Origin: Kudoa neothunni
Taxonomy: Eukaryota; Animalia; Cnidaria
Direction of reading: 5' to 3'
Assembly: GCA_964304625.1 (NCBI GenBank)
Contig: OZ199838.1
Span: forward strand, 10,867,607 to 10,931,606
Length of the DNA stretch: 64,000 bases
Shown: piece by piece, positions 53,465 to 64,000 of the stretch
Position numbering within the stretch: the first letter of the stretch is position 1
How the letters are laid out: each line of letters opens with the position of its first letter
Program-made: the position numbers and the translations under genes
Notes under the pieces: model-generated
What the model saw: only the letters and a program-made list of their open reading frames with translations
Database searches by the model: none
What the model was told of the DNA's origin: nothing

Positions 53465-53800
53465 ATGGCAAAGAGTAAAAGAAGTAATATAAAGAAACGA
53501 ATGAAGTCTATTAGGCTGAATGATCCAGAATTTAAAGAAAAGATGAGGACAGACTTGGAAAAAATGCTCTCCTCTACAGATAATGGTGGGCCGAATATGT
53601 ATGTTGCACCAGACGCCAAATTTGAGTCCATAAAGTTGAGCGAAATCGATCTAAATATGGAACACTTGGTTACTGACGATATAAGTGACGATTATGCCAA
53701 TTATGGAATCAACACCACCAGTAGGCATAGAGTTGGAAAAATGAAGAAACAACGAAAAACACGTTCCAAAAACTCATCAAAGAGGAATAAAAAACGATAA
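53465..53800 (+). CDS. LLPH: LLP homolog (LAPS18-like) small basic protein
   Basis: MAKSKRSNIKKRMKS ~ MAKSLRSKWKRKMRA; DDYANYGI..RH..KMKKQR ~ DQHGQYPIW..RQ..RLKAKR; 111 aa with a basic tail. Confidence 0.7.
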   Translation: MAKSKRSNIKKRMKSIRLNDPEFKEKMRTDLEKMLSSTDNGGPNMYVAPDAKFESIKLSEIDLNMEHLVTDDISDDYANYGINTTSRHRVGKMKKQRKTRSKNSSKRNKKR

Positions 53801-54199
53801 TAATTTTTATTCGATGTGCTTACTTATTCCTTTTCGTTGTGAAATATCCGATTAAATTGTTTTTACGCGTAATAGTGTGTTTTAATATTTGTCATTGTAA
53901 GCGTATAATACTCTATAATGGTTTCTTTTTTGCTTGGTTTGGTTATGGAAAATTTTCATTAAACGATTATGATACTTTTTATTTATAATAATTAACTCAA
54001 ATATGAGACTAAATATGGAAATCTTGAGTTTTCGATAAGTTGCAATTGTAATATTTATCACGTAAAATAGACATTACTTTAGATATATTTGTAGGCTGAA
54101 ATTTGATATAACCCTCAATTTTTAGATCAAATAATTTTTATATATTATAAAAATGTAGGAATAGTTATTCTAAATCGTTAGATAGAGGATAGTATTGAA

Positions 54200-55000
54200 A
54201 TAAATTTATAAAACCTCTCCAAAGGTCACTTGAGATTTTCTTCTACATTGAAATTAGCCAAGTAACTCGTTAATGCCATCCATGCTGACAGTGATATCCT
54301 CATTAACTGATGATTTTCTATTTTGTTGAGATATTCTGTATTTTATGACACGCCAAGTTCCTTCAACCACATTGCTGTGAGCACTTGGAAAGTGTCTATC
54401 TATTTTTTATTACGATTAACAATGAGGTGAGTATAGATATTATGGAGAAAAGTGTAGCTATTGTAACAATCAGTGATGACGAAACCTATTTTAAAATAGT
54501 TTTTAATCTTTTTTATTGGAGTTTCAGAAGTTCTATCTGAGATTTCACCTAGAAACATTATCCGTTCTGCTATTCTTTCCACACCCTCAAGCGTTCATGC
54601 TCCGTTAGCGTTAGGTGGTCGGTTGTGTTTTATTGTCCTAAACCATAAAATCATCAATTTCTATGACAAATTCCTCCGCGCCGATTATTATATTTCGGAA
54701 TTCTAGAATCTTAATAATTATTTGTCGTACGAATTGGCGATAGTTGAGATTGTTTGAGACGAATGGCAAGTAATTACGATAGAATTTAGAGTTTTTACAC
54801 CAACTAACCAATAACAAGCTAACTCGATTAAATCGTTTACTTAAGGTTTCATATTTTCAAATAATGTAATATCAAGTGTGGAAACTTTTTTGCACAACAT
54901 CACCAATTTCTATTTGGAGAGAGAAGCCGAATCTATTACGTTTAGGACAGATAGTTGGTTTTTTAAGGTATAAGGTTAAACAAAATATTTTATGGAATTT
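54200..55000 (-). pseudogene. Merlin (IS1595/ISXO2-like) transposase remnant
   Basis: IIGAEEFVIEIDD (~54650-54690), EGVER..FLGEISDRTSET..VITDCYNSY..YTHLIVN, and AHSNVVEGTWRVIK (~54345-54385), i.e. the D-D-E contexts of Merlin, with stops and frameshifts. Confidence 0.8.
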
Positions 55001-55446
55001 TTCTCCTTATTAAATATGCCTTTACGCGATCTTTTGATGAGGTCATTGTTTGTTGTTTGGAAACAGCGGATTATTTGGTGGATCCATTTCAAATTTGAAG
55101 TGCCTATTGCAACCATTAGTAATATCCATGTGAGTGGAATTTTGATGGTATTTAACTATTTATGACCTCAGAGAGAGAGAGATAGAAATGAGCAAAAAAT
55201 AATTAAATATAGTAGATTCTAGAAAATAAACTTCATAAATTAATTATAAATGGGAGTTCCCGGAATTAAAAATTGATACTGTGCAAGCGTAAACTCCATT
55301 TGGGATTAAAATGTGCGTGTCGATAACCACTGCCTAAAATTATTTTCGTGATGTGTTTTAATCTGATCGTTACGCCTTCGTTGGTACGAAAGGTGATACG
55401 GATTAATTTGATCGAAAATCGATTTTAGTCGGATTAAAAATCAAAA

Positions 55447-55675
55447 GGGCTATTGGCGCGATAAATAATATTTAGGTGTCACTAGTTTTGGCTATATTTG
55501 AATATTTCTCATCTATCGCTCCATTATTATAATACGGAAAAAATTTAATATAGCAGATTTTTAAAAATCAAAGCTGTACACAGCATGTGAGAGAGAGAGA
55601 GTTGCTGGGATCAATAACTGATATCGCGCGTGCTTAAGTACCGATGGGGATTAAAATTTGTCGTGCCAATAGCCC
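55447..55675. mobile_element. Small MITE with GG-starting TIRs (possibly Merlin-related)
   Basis: GGGCTATTGGCGCGATAAA versus the reverse-complemented right end GGGCTATTGGCACGACAAA. A related end lies near 55300-55330. No TSD recognised. Confidence 0.55.
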
Positions 55676-55959
55676 ATTATCCTTTAAAATATAATACTAA
55701 CATTCATTCTGAGCATAGATATTTAGATTAAAATGCAGAATAGTCGCCACATGTAGCGATTTAAGATTATAATTAGATCGAACAATAAACCTAGATTTTT
55801 TAAATCGAATTAGTATGGTATTTGTTGAACAATTAATGATAGGAATGAATCGATTTCATCTAATAAATTACTTTTGGTATTAGCCTTATGCATTTGATAA
55901 AATTAATCAGCTAAAGATTATATAAAACAAGGAATTTTTATACTTAGACACAGAATTAA

Positions 55960-58357
55960 CCCTTTCACACCGAATGTTGCCATATGGCAACATCTGGTTG
56001 TTTTTATAATTTCCCAGTGAGTATTATATTTTACGACTGAAACATTCCAATAAAAGTTAAATTAGTGATTATTCTAGTATCAAGCGCAAAATTGGATAAT
56101 TATTAAATTTTTTAGTTAATAAAAACACGCCATAAATTGAAAATTTTCAAACAATATAAAGGTCATTTTATGGCACTAAATTTACATCCTAATTATTGTT
56201 TTAACTGTATTTAAAAAATATATATTATAAAATGGTATATCTTTTATTACAAAAATCTGTATAGATCATATAACCTTAAAGAACACTAATTTGAAGTAAT
56301 AGGTTAATGCTTGTTGCTATATGACGACATTCGGCGCACTTGCTATTTTTCGGGGTCAACATTGCGATGGGTACAGATTTAGTGAAACAGATCAGTGTTG
56401 ATGGTAAAATTCTTGAGGAATTAATATTACTCCCAGATGCTGATAAATCTGACGTCGAGAATATGTCTGATGATGAAAACAACAACCTACAATATGACTC
56501 GCTTTCAGATGCCAACTCTGATAAAGAAGAGTACAATAGTGATCAGACTAATTACGTAAAAAACGCGGCAAATAGAATTGAAGAAAGTTTTTTTATCAAA
56601 CGTGGAATTTAAAATGGAACCAATTTCAGATCCATATTTATATTTCAACAGATTATTTACAGATGAATTGTTCGAACTTATACGCAAAGGAACTAATAAT
56701 TATGCCGTAGAAATCAATTCAAATTTTAGAACTACAACAAACGAAATAAAATTATATGTTGGGATGCTTATACATATGTCAATAATCAAATTACCACGAA
56801 TAAGAAAATATTGATGTAGTGAACTCAATTGAAGTTTAATATCAGAAAAAATGTCCAGAGATCGATTTGAGTCCATACAAAGATATATGCATTTTTGCGA
56901 TAATAATAAACTAATAACCTCTATAACCTGTAGAGACTAAGACCGTTTCTTTAAAGTGATACTCTTGCTAAATATGATAAGGGAAGAATGCCTAAAAATT
57001 GAACACGAATACAACCAGTGGGTGGATGAGCAGATGATACCATTTAAAGGTAAGTCTGGTCTCAAGAGATACTTGCCTTCGAAACCTACAAAATAGGGCT
57101 TCAAGGTTTTCACTAGAAATGGCTTTGGTGGTATAATGCACGACTTTTTTGGAAGATGTGGATTTTAAACATGATGGTGAAAGTTTTGGTTTTTGCTCCT
57201 CTCTCATCGTATTAAAATTAGCAGAATCCATGAAGAACGGAAGCAAGCATCATTCTTATTATGATAATTATTTTTCCACGTTATCATTGCACTCAATTCT
57301 GCTAAAGATGGGTCATCATTCAACTGGTACAATAAGATCGAATTATCTTCGAAATTGCTCCATTATTGATGATAAGACGATCAGGAAGCTGAAAAGAGAA
57401 AGTTATGAATATGCTTTACATCTTGACGGTTGTTTTAAAACAAACATTGGACGTTGATTAGATGGCTCGACTGTAACTGTGACATCAACGGCTCACTCTA
57501 TTTCCCCTTGAGCTCTATTGATAGATATGATCGAAAGACAAAAAAGGTTATTAAAATTGACTGCCCCAATATAATTAAAATGTATAACCAAAATATGGGT
57601 GGTGTAGACTTTTTCGATATGTTAATGTTTCTTTATAGACTTCACTACATGCCCAAAAAATGGTACAAGAGAATCTTCTTGTGGGCGATAAACTGATGCA
57701 TTCTTAACGGATGGCTCTCGTATAAACGTCAATGTTCTTTACATGAAATACCAACGAATAAAAGCTTGTGTTTGTTAGATTTCAGTGTTTCGACTAGCGA
57801 ACGATCAATGCATGAGAATCAAGTGGTAAGTGATGCGAGTAAAAGAGGGGTGACATCCACATCAGGTACCACTACTATCCCGATCCCTATGTCTAGTAGA
57901 TCTATAATCTACCAGAATCAAAAGTGAGTGCTATTGTGCGTTTTGACGAAATTTCCCACTTTCCTTCATATACATCAACGAAAGCTAGATGTAAATTGTG
58001 CGGAATGCACTCTAGAACTATGTGCATGAAATGTAAAGTTCACCTGTGCTTAAATATCAACAGAAATTGTTATTTAAATTTCCACAAACAAAATTAGAAG
58101 TATTTTTTTGTTATTAAATGTGTCAAATGTGTGTAATTTTGGGTGAAAAGAGGTCTTCCTACCAACCGCGCTTGCACAGTATTGTTTTGGGGATAAAAGC
58201 GTCTCCGAATGTTGCCATATGGCAACATTTAATTAGATATGGTTCCTAATTAAATATTTCCGAAACTTTTAAATTTGTTTTTATTATTAAAAATACGAAT
58301 ATTTTCCAGCTCCCAAAAAAATAAATTACTACAACGTGATTTTCAGGCATGAAAGGG
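55960..58357 (+). mobile_element. piggyBac (pB-4), PGBD2/3-like
   Basis: TTAA at 55956-55959 and 58358-58361; TIR CCCTTTCA(C/T)(A/G)CC; 24-bp repeat CCGAATGTTGCCATATGGCAACAT at 55970 and 58205. Confidence 0.92.
56367..58097 (+). pseudogene. piggyBac transposase pseudogene
   Basis: PYLYFNRLFTDE, MSRDRF, VDEQMIPFKGKSGLKRYLPSKP, YYDNYFST, YNQNMGGVDFFD, KKWYKRIF and CKLC..CMKCKVHLC...C, with several stops and frameshifts. Confidence 0.92.
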
Positions 58358-58856
58358 TTAATAATGGGGGGTAGTCAAGGAGAAAATTGTGACATTCCAT
58401 TAAAATCGCCATTGTCACACTCAGATTTAAAGAGAAATAAATGTTACGTTGAGTGTTAGTGCCTGTAAGATTAATTAAGAGATGCTAAGAGTTCAATATA
58501 ATATTACAACAACTATTGTTGCTAAGTAATAGAATGCCGAAAATTAACCTAATAATGGTGCAACACTGATAAATACGATAACAAAAAAAATAACAGGTTC
58601 GTTTTTGTCCGTTATCGCTGATTAGAATTACGGCCATTATTCTACATTTTAACCGATGTATAAATAAAATTTTAAGATTCAGTGCAGATAATTAAGAGCA
58701 GAGTTGTTATTTTCTCCATTTTTTTAAATATAAATCTTCCATAACTTTTATATATCAATACAACACTAATAATGTAAAGTAATTTATAAAAGATAACTAT
58801 AGATTGCGTACAATCGAGAGGCTGCTTAATTCTACTCAATCAAGGATCGATCGGTA

Positions 58857-61102
58857 ATGTCAACTGTTGTAATTTTTGTGGGCGCATATTTACTAGTTTG
58901 CCTTGGCTGTTTGAGTGGTGCGGAACAAAATGCAAATGTAATTATGTATTTTCTTTATTTTCAGCTTAATTAATTGTTTAAAAAGACGTTAATGTTATAT
59001 ATGGAAAACGATACATTAAAATATCGATGTGATGTATGTGTGAAATCTACACCTGAGGCCCACGACTTCACTTGCACCAATAGTTACATTGGGAATTGTG
59101 CAGGTATAAAAATATTGATCACTTTTCCCTCTTAAAGACTTACGAAAACCAGTAGATGAGTTTGAATCAAGCGATGAAATGGAAAATCATTGTATGCGCC
59201 ACATCGATCAAGCGTGTGAACCCATCAGACCTAATGCTATTGTGGTAATAGCCAACGAAGAATTTGAATCTAAGTAGGACGTTTTTTGATAAATCATGTA
59301 TGAAATTTTTATTATAATTCATAGAATGCGGAACTCGTTATATGAAAGTCACGAATTAGTCGATAGAAATGTTGCTATCAATGAAAAGGATTATAGTATA
59401 TCCTACCATGAACTCATCCCATCAGATTTAATGTTTTATTATTTTATCGATAATAAAATACATCATCCATCAATCTTGTTTTGGGTAAATTTCTAATATT
59501 CGCTTTTAAAATTATATTGGTTGGTTTTATCTGAGATTAGTACTTCAAGAAACGAAAAAATAATCAAAGGCTGCCTATAACGATAATTATTTAAATATGT
59601 TGGCTTTAATTTTGATAAATCCTAACATTTAATTTCAGCCTTTTATTTTAATAAATATCTCTTATTTTGGATTGTCTAAAATATTCGTAGGTCAATAGTA
59701 ATTATGGCTACATTTTTATGGACTCAGATATTTTTTGTATGACATACTTGTCACAAAAATCACAAGATCGTCCCAACGTTTACACGCATACGGATTCTAA
59801 TGGAGACGATTATGAAATGTTTTATATATATTTGACATACATGGGTCATCGATTTATTCAAGACAAACTAGTTTTTAAAATTTTGAAGGTAATTACAATT
59901 ACCAATTATTTATTCCAACAAAATAGCCCTCATTTCAACCGATTAGGACAACGAATTTCCTCGCAATTCAATGGATGATAGTATCGAATTAGTTTTCCCT
60001 TGTTTATTCAACGAAAAAATCAGCTATGAACCATCTGAAATATTTGAAATATGGTTAGAACAAACGCCTATTCCCCAATATAATGGAGAAGATATTATCT
60101 TTCTCAAAGGCCCATATGATTTTGAACAATGTGTACAATTATTGCATGAGGTAGTGGTGAATCCAAGCACGGGTTACCCATGGAGTAGTGACCACAACAA
60201 GTTTTTGGCAATAACATATCCACCTTATCATGGAGATGAATTTTTTTACGTACCATTATAATTCAAAGTTGTCTAATTAACAGCTTGGCATTATTTTTAT
60301 TTCTTAGGTATATAACTATTACGAGCATCTAAACTCCTACGCGCGTGGATTTAGTCCTGAGAACTTAAAAACTAAGCTCAAAAATTATCTTACGGAAACT
60401 AAACCTGACGCAGAAGTACGGTATTCAAAATATACCCCTTGATTTGGTTCATATTTTTAAGGAAGTCGTCAAGTTGACGTATTATTATACTCTTCTTAGT
60501 AAAATATACGGCCATTTGGAAGTTCCCCTAGAACTTTATGTATAGTAAACATTTTACATGCATAACCCTCTTATTTCCTAAATAGATGGACAGCAGAAGC
60601 TGGACAATTGAATTCTTGAAAGAATATAAGAGGTTGAATCCCGTTAAAGGTATTAGATATGTTACATTATGGGATGCTCATTATAGTAATAGAAAATGTT
60701 CCTGTGATTACTTCAACTTCCGAAAGCTCCCCTGATTCAACGCTTAATATTCCCACTGTGTCAACGCCTAATATTCCCACTGTGTCAACGCTTAATATTC
60801 CCACTGTGTCAACGCTTAATATTCCCACTGTGTCAACGCTTAATATTCCCACTGTGTCAACACTTAATATTCCCACTGTGTCAACGCCTAATATTCCCAC
60901 TGTGTCAACTTCTAATACTCCCATTATCTCAACCCCTAGCAGCCCGTCTACGTTGGCTAGGATACATTTTCCTGATTTGTCTCCTAATGATGATGGGACG
61001 GATCTGAATTACGATGGAAAAAAATCAAAAATCATGCTAGTGGTTACAGTTGTTGTTCCAATCGTGTTAGTATTAATTATCTTAATAATAGCGTTGTCTT
61101 GA
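58857..61102 (+). CDS. Lineage-specific surface protein: signal peptide, Cys-containing ectodomain, mucin-like stalk, C-terminal hydrophobic anchor; 10 exons
   Basis: Nine GT-AG introns splice in frame from MSTVVIFVGAYLLVCLGCLSG through CDVC..CTN..C, the ORFs at 59296, 59718 and 59971, and the repeat, to IMLVVTVVVPIVLVLIILIIALS*. Confidence 0.8.
60737..60928 (+). repeat. 24-bp coding minisatellite x8 (ST[L/P]NIPTV)
   Basis: Seven near-perfect TCAACGCTTAATATTCCCACTGTG units plus one degenerate unit. Confidence 0.97.
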
Positions 61103-63629
61103 GGATTCCATGAAGGGAGGCGAGCTGTATTTTTTTCAATTATTGTTAATAATGTACTCATTAAATTTCTCACAACTATTAAAACTTCAAAGCCATAATT
61201 GTTTGTTGTATCCTTTTAGTTATTTTTTCGTTATATATTTCATGATTTCTCCGTCGGATCAGTATTAAATAATCTCTTTGAGAAGATTCTAATAATTACA
61301 ATGATTAAATGAAACAGAATAGTATACCAACAAAGAAAAATCCCAATATATTTTAACATGATTAAAATCGGTCAATACATTGATAAATTTAAATAACTGT
61401 AATTATTATTACAATTTACGTTATATTCTTCGAAATTCAATCGTTTATACCTCTTGGCCTTAAATTGGAGGGGAACAATGAAGAATAAAGATGGACTGTC
61501 CTATTAGAATTGGTTCAATTTTGGTGATCATTTGGAAAAATACATTTATATTAAACGTTATTGGTATCATTAGAAACTTGCTTAGTTCAAATGCTTTATA
61601 TTTTCTATATGAGATATAATTTGATAAGAAATTTTCAAAATGACGACTAATTTAAATTTCATGAGAAAAATCTCATTCAGTTAATTCAAAAAATTGAATT
61701 TCCTTATTTAGATAATGCTTAAATTTATAGCACCGATTATGTTATTTATTTTCGCTGATATTCAAATACCGCTCTATTCTATTCCGTAAACCATTTAATA
61801 CTGCTAATTTTTTTAGTGAGGGTCCGACGATATATGTTTGTTTTCGTGTCAACTTATTTATCAATTTAAACCATAGTGTTTGCACTCTCTTTTTTGTATT
61901 TTCACCATTTGTTTATTCCAATATTATTTTATTCATTCTATTTAATTTGTTTGTCAGATATCTTCAATATAACCCTTAATATTTTTGTACACTATATTTC
62001 CAAATTTTGAGAAAATTTTTAAACGGTTAAGTAATTTTTCAATGTAGTTTTTAATGTATATAAACCATAATTACTCTTGAATTCTCTTCAATCTGTTATC
62101 TTCATGGAAAAAGAAATAAATCAATTAGAAATTATCATGAAACCTTCCTAGAATAAATTTTTTATCACATCGTTTGAAAAATTTCCTCATGTATTTTAGC
62201 ATATTTATTTTATAACTCCTTATATACAAAAATATATAAGAAAATTAGTTTAATTGATCCTATATTTTTTAAATAAAACAAATTAACTGAGTTATAGTTT
62301 TTTGATATATTATGGAGGTAATCTGTATTGTTAAGAATCACGTAAACTTACTGCTTCACGGGAGTTGAATGCGTCGTAAAAATCGAAATTATTGTAACTA
62401 TGTCTGACCTGTTACAGCTAATTACAAAAGTGATCCGTATTCAGATTTTAACAAAAGGAAAATACTGGCGTAGTATTTATATATTAAATTTAACCAAAGT
62501 TTCTATAAAACTTCTTATTTGAATAATCTTTGTTTATTTTAAAATAATTTTAACCCCGTATTAAGAAATATTCGTAAAAATACATACTGAGAAACAATAT
62601 TTATAAAAATCGATGATCTATTTTGTTTTTAGAGTTATTGATATTTGTCGTTTCTATTTTCAATAACATGAGGTACCATTTTTATGGTAAAGTTTAAATT
62701 ACAAAAATTGGTATGTGATATCGGTTAGTATTATCATCGTTTGTAAAATTCAAATTTATAAAATTTATTAAATTTTAATTGTAAAAATTAAATATTCCGT
62801 CAATATTAGGATTAAGTTGATTGCTGAATTGATTTTATTATTATCAATAATATTAAATGAAGGATTATGCATTTCTATTATACAAATGACATTTGTTTTT
62901 CAATCTCTCTAAAATAAGAATATGCTGGAATTATTCTTTATATTTTGAATACTTCTGCAATAGTTTGGGTAACTTTCACCCAATTATAAATAAGATGAAG
63001 TGATATACTTGTTATTACTTCAGATGAAGACATATTAAAAACTCAAATGATTTGTTTTATTTCTATCAATAAAGCCAAGTAAACTTTAAAAGAATATAAT
63101 TATGAGAGTATGAAAACGTTTTTGCTAAATACAGCAGAATTATATCATAACCAAAGAATAAGAAATTTTCAAAATTCGGCTTCTTTTTTTAAATATTACT
63201 ACAAATGTAACTGCTATGATCTTATTTTTCTCATCTATGTATATTTTAATCAGTTTTAATACTCTTCCCGAAAATAAATTCCACAATTATTTCTATTGAT
63301 AAAACCTCATAAAGCTGTCCATTATTTTCAATGTTATAAACGGTTGAAAATTATAATCTATCTCGATTTTTATAACAATCAAATCTTCTTTATATTTAAG
63401 GAGGAAATTGACTTCAATAGCGTTTTCACATGAATTACGGTTTAAGGATTAGTTTCCGGGTGTTTCCGTAGATTTAAAACTCATTTGTTTCCTTGGTTAA
63501 ATCATTATATATTTTAGTCAGGAATATTCTTTATTAAAATTTTATCTTTTGAGTAAACAAAATATAAAATTAGTATAATCCATGACATATGGAGTAGTAC
63601 GGAGACAAGGAATTATATAAAGTATTAGC

Positions 63630-64000
63630 ACGTTTTAACACAGAGATCACTAATATCTTCATTTGCCGATAAAGGCCCAACTACAGTTATGACACTGAAA
63701 ACCCTTTTAACTAAGGTTATCGTCGCCGAAAATCCCTACAGTTCTTCCGTGAAGGAACTTATCAAACATACTAACTACATCTCATGGAGGAATCGTCTTC
63801 GTAAGGCTACCCGATACAACATACCACTATTTTTAAAGTTGTTGGGCAGCGTTGATCGTTCGGTCAATTTGCCACTCTATGAAGTAGTTGGAAAATTGTT
63901 TTTAAACCACGAATATACTGAGAAACATAATCATAATATCAACTCCAACTATATACCTAGTTGTTATAGAGGCTCATCGCTGCCGCCCATTGGTTTATTG
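63630..64000 (+). CDS. Open frame running off the window end, unknown product
   Basis: About 120 stop-free codons after an AG (HVLTQRSLISSFADKGPTTVMTLKTLL...SWRNRLRKATRYNIPLFLKLL...), GC-richer than its flanks. Confidence 0.45.

Noticed and set aside
60667-60924. Minus-strand repeat ORF (VDTVGILS)n, and the 24-bp array as a possible CRISPR
   Set aside because: Shadow of the mucin repeat. The units are head-to-tail with no spacers, and the context is eukaryotic.
61300-63500. AT-rich tract with hints of decayed coding sequence (likewise ~30000-31300)
   Set aside because: No diagnostic motif or termini could be read; probably old TE debris, but unsupported.

Overview
AT-rich eukaryotic (animal-like) genomic DNA with short GT-AG introns (mostly about 30-70 nt) and strongly diverged proteins. 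This pattern suggests a fast-evolving parasite such as a myxozoan, but that is inference only. Host genes recognised by hand translation and recalled family motifs (no searches run): an intronless NCKX/SLC24 exchanger, a ~10.7-kb multi-exon UNC-80 (NALCN channelosome subunit), a small type-I membrane protein, a mitochondrial-type arginase, RPS20, an unknown coiled-coil gene, Nup62, KDSR, an LLPH-like gene and a 10-exon mucin-stalked surface protein. Between them lie DNA transposons: four piggyBac elements with TTAA-type ends, one intact hAT (perfect 19-bp TIR, 8-bp TSD), pogo/Tigger and Merlin remnants, and MITEs. The most notable observations are the fragmented, easily missed UNC-80; an NCKX lacking the conserved alpha-1 Glu; a piggyBac transposase with a host-sized 37-nt intron, nested in a composite TTAA-bounded structure whose other arm preserves the empty site; a potentially active hAT; and a Nup62 FG domain in which about half of the repeats read LTG/LTE instead of LFG. 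I found no convincing wholly new multi-gene system.
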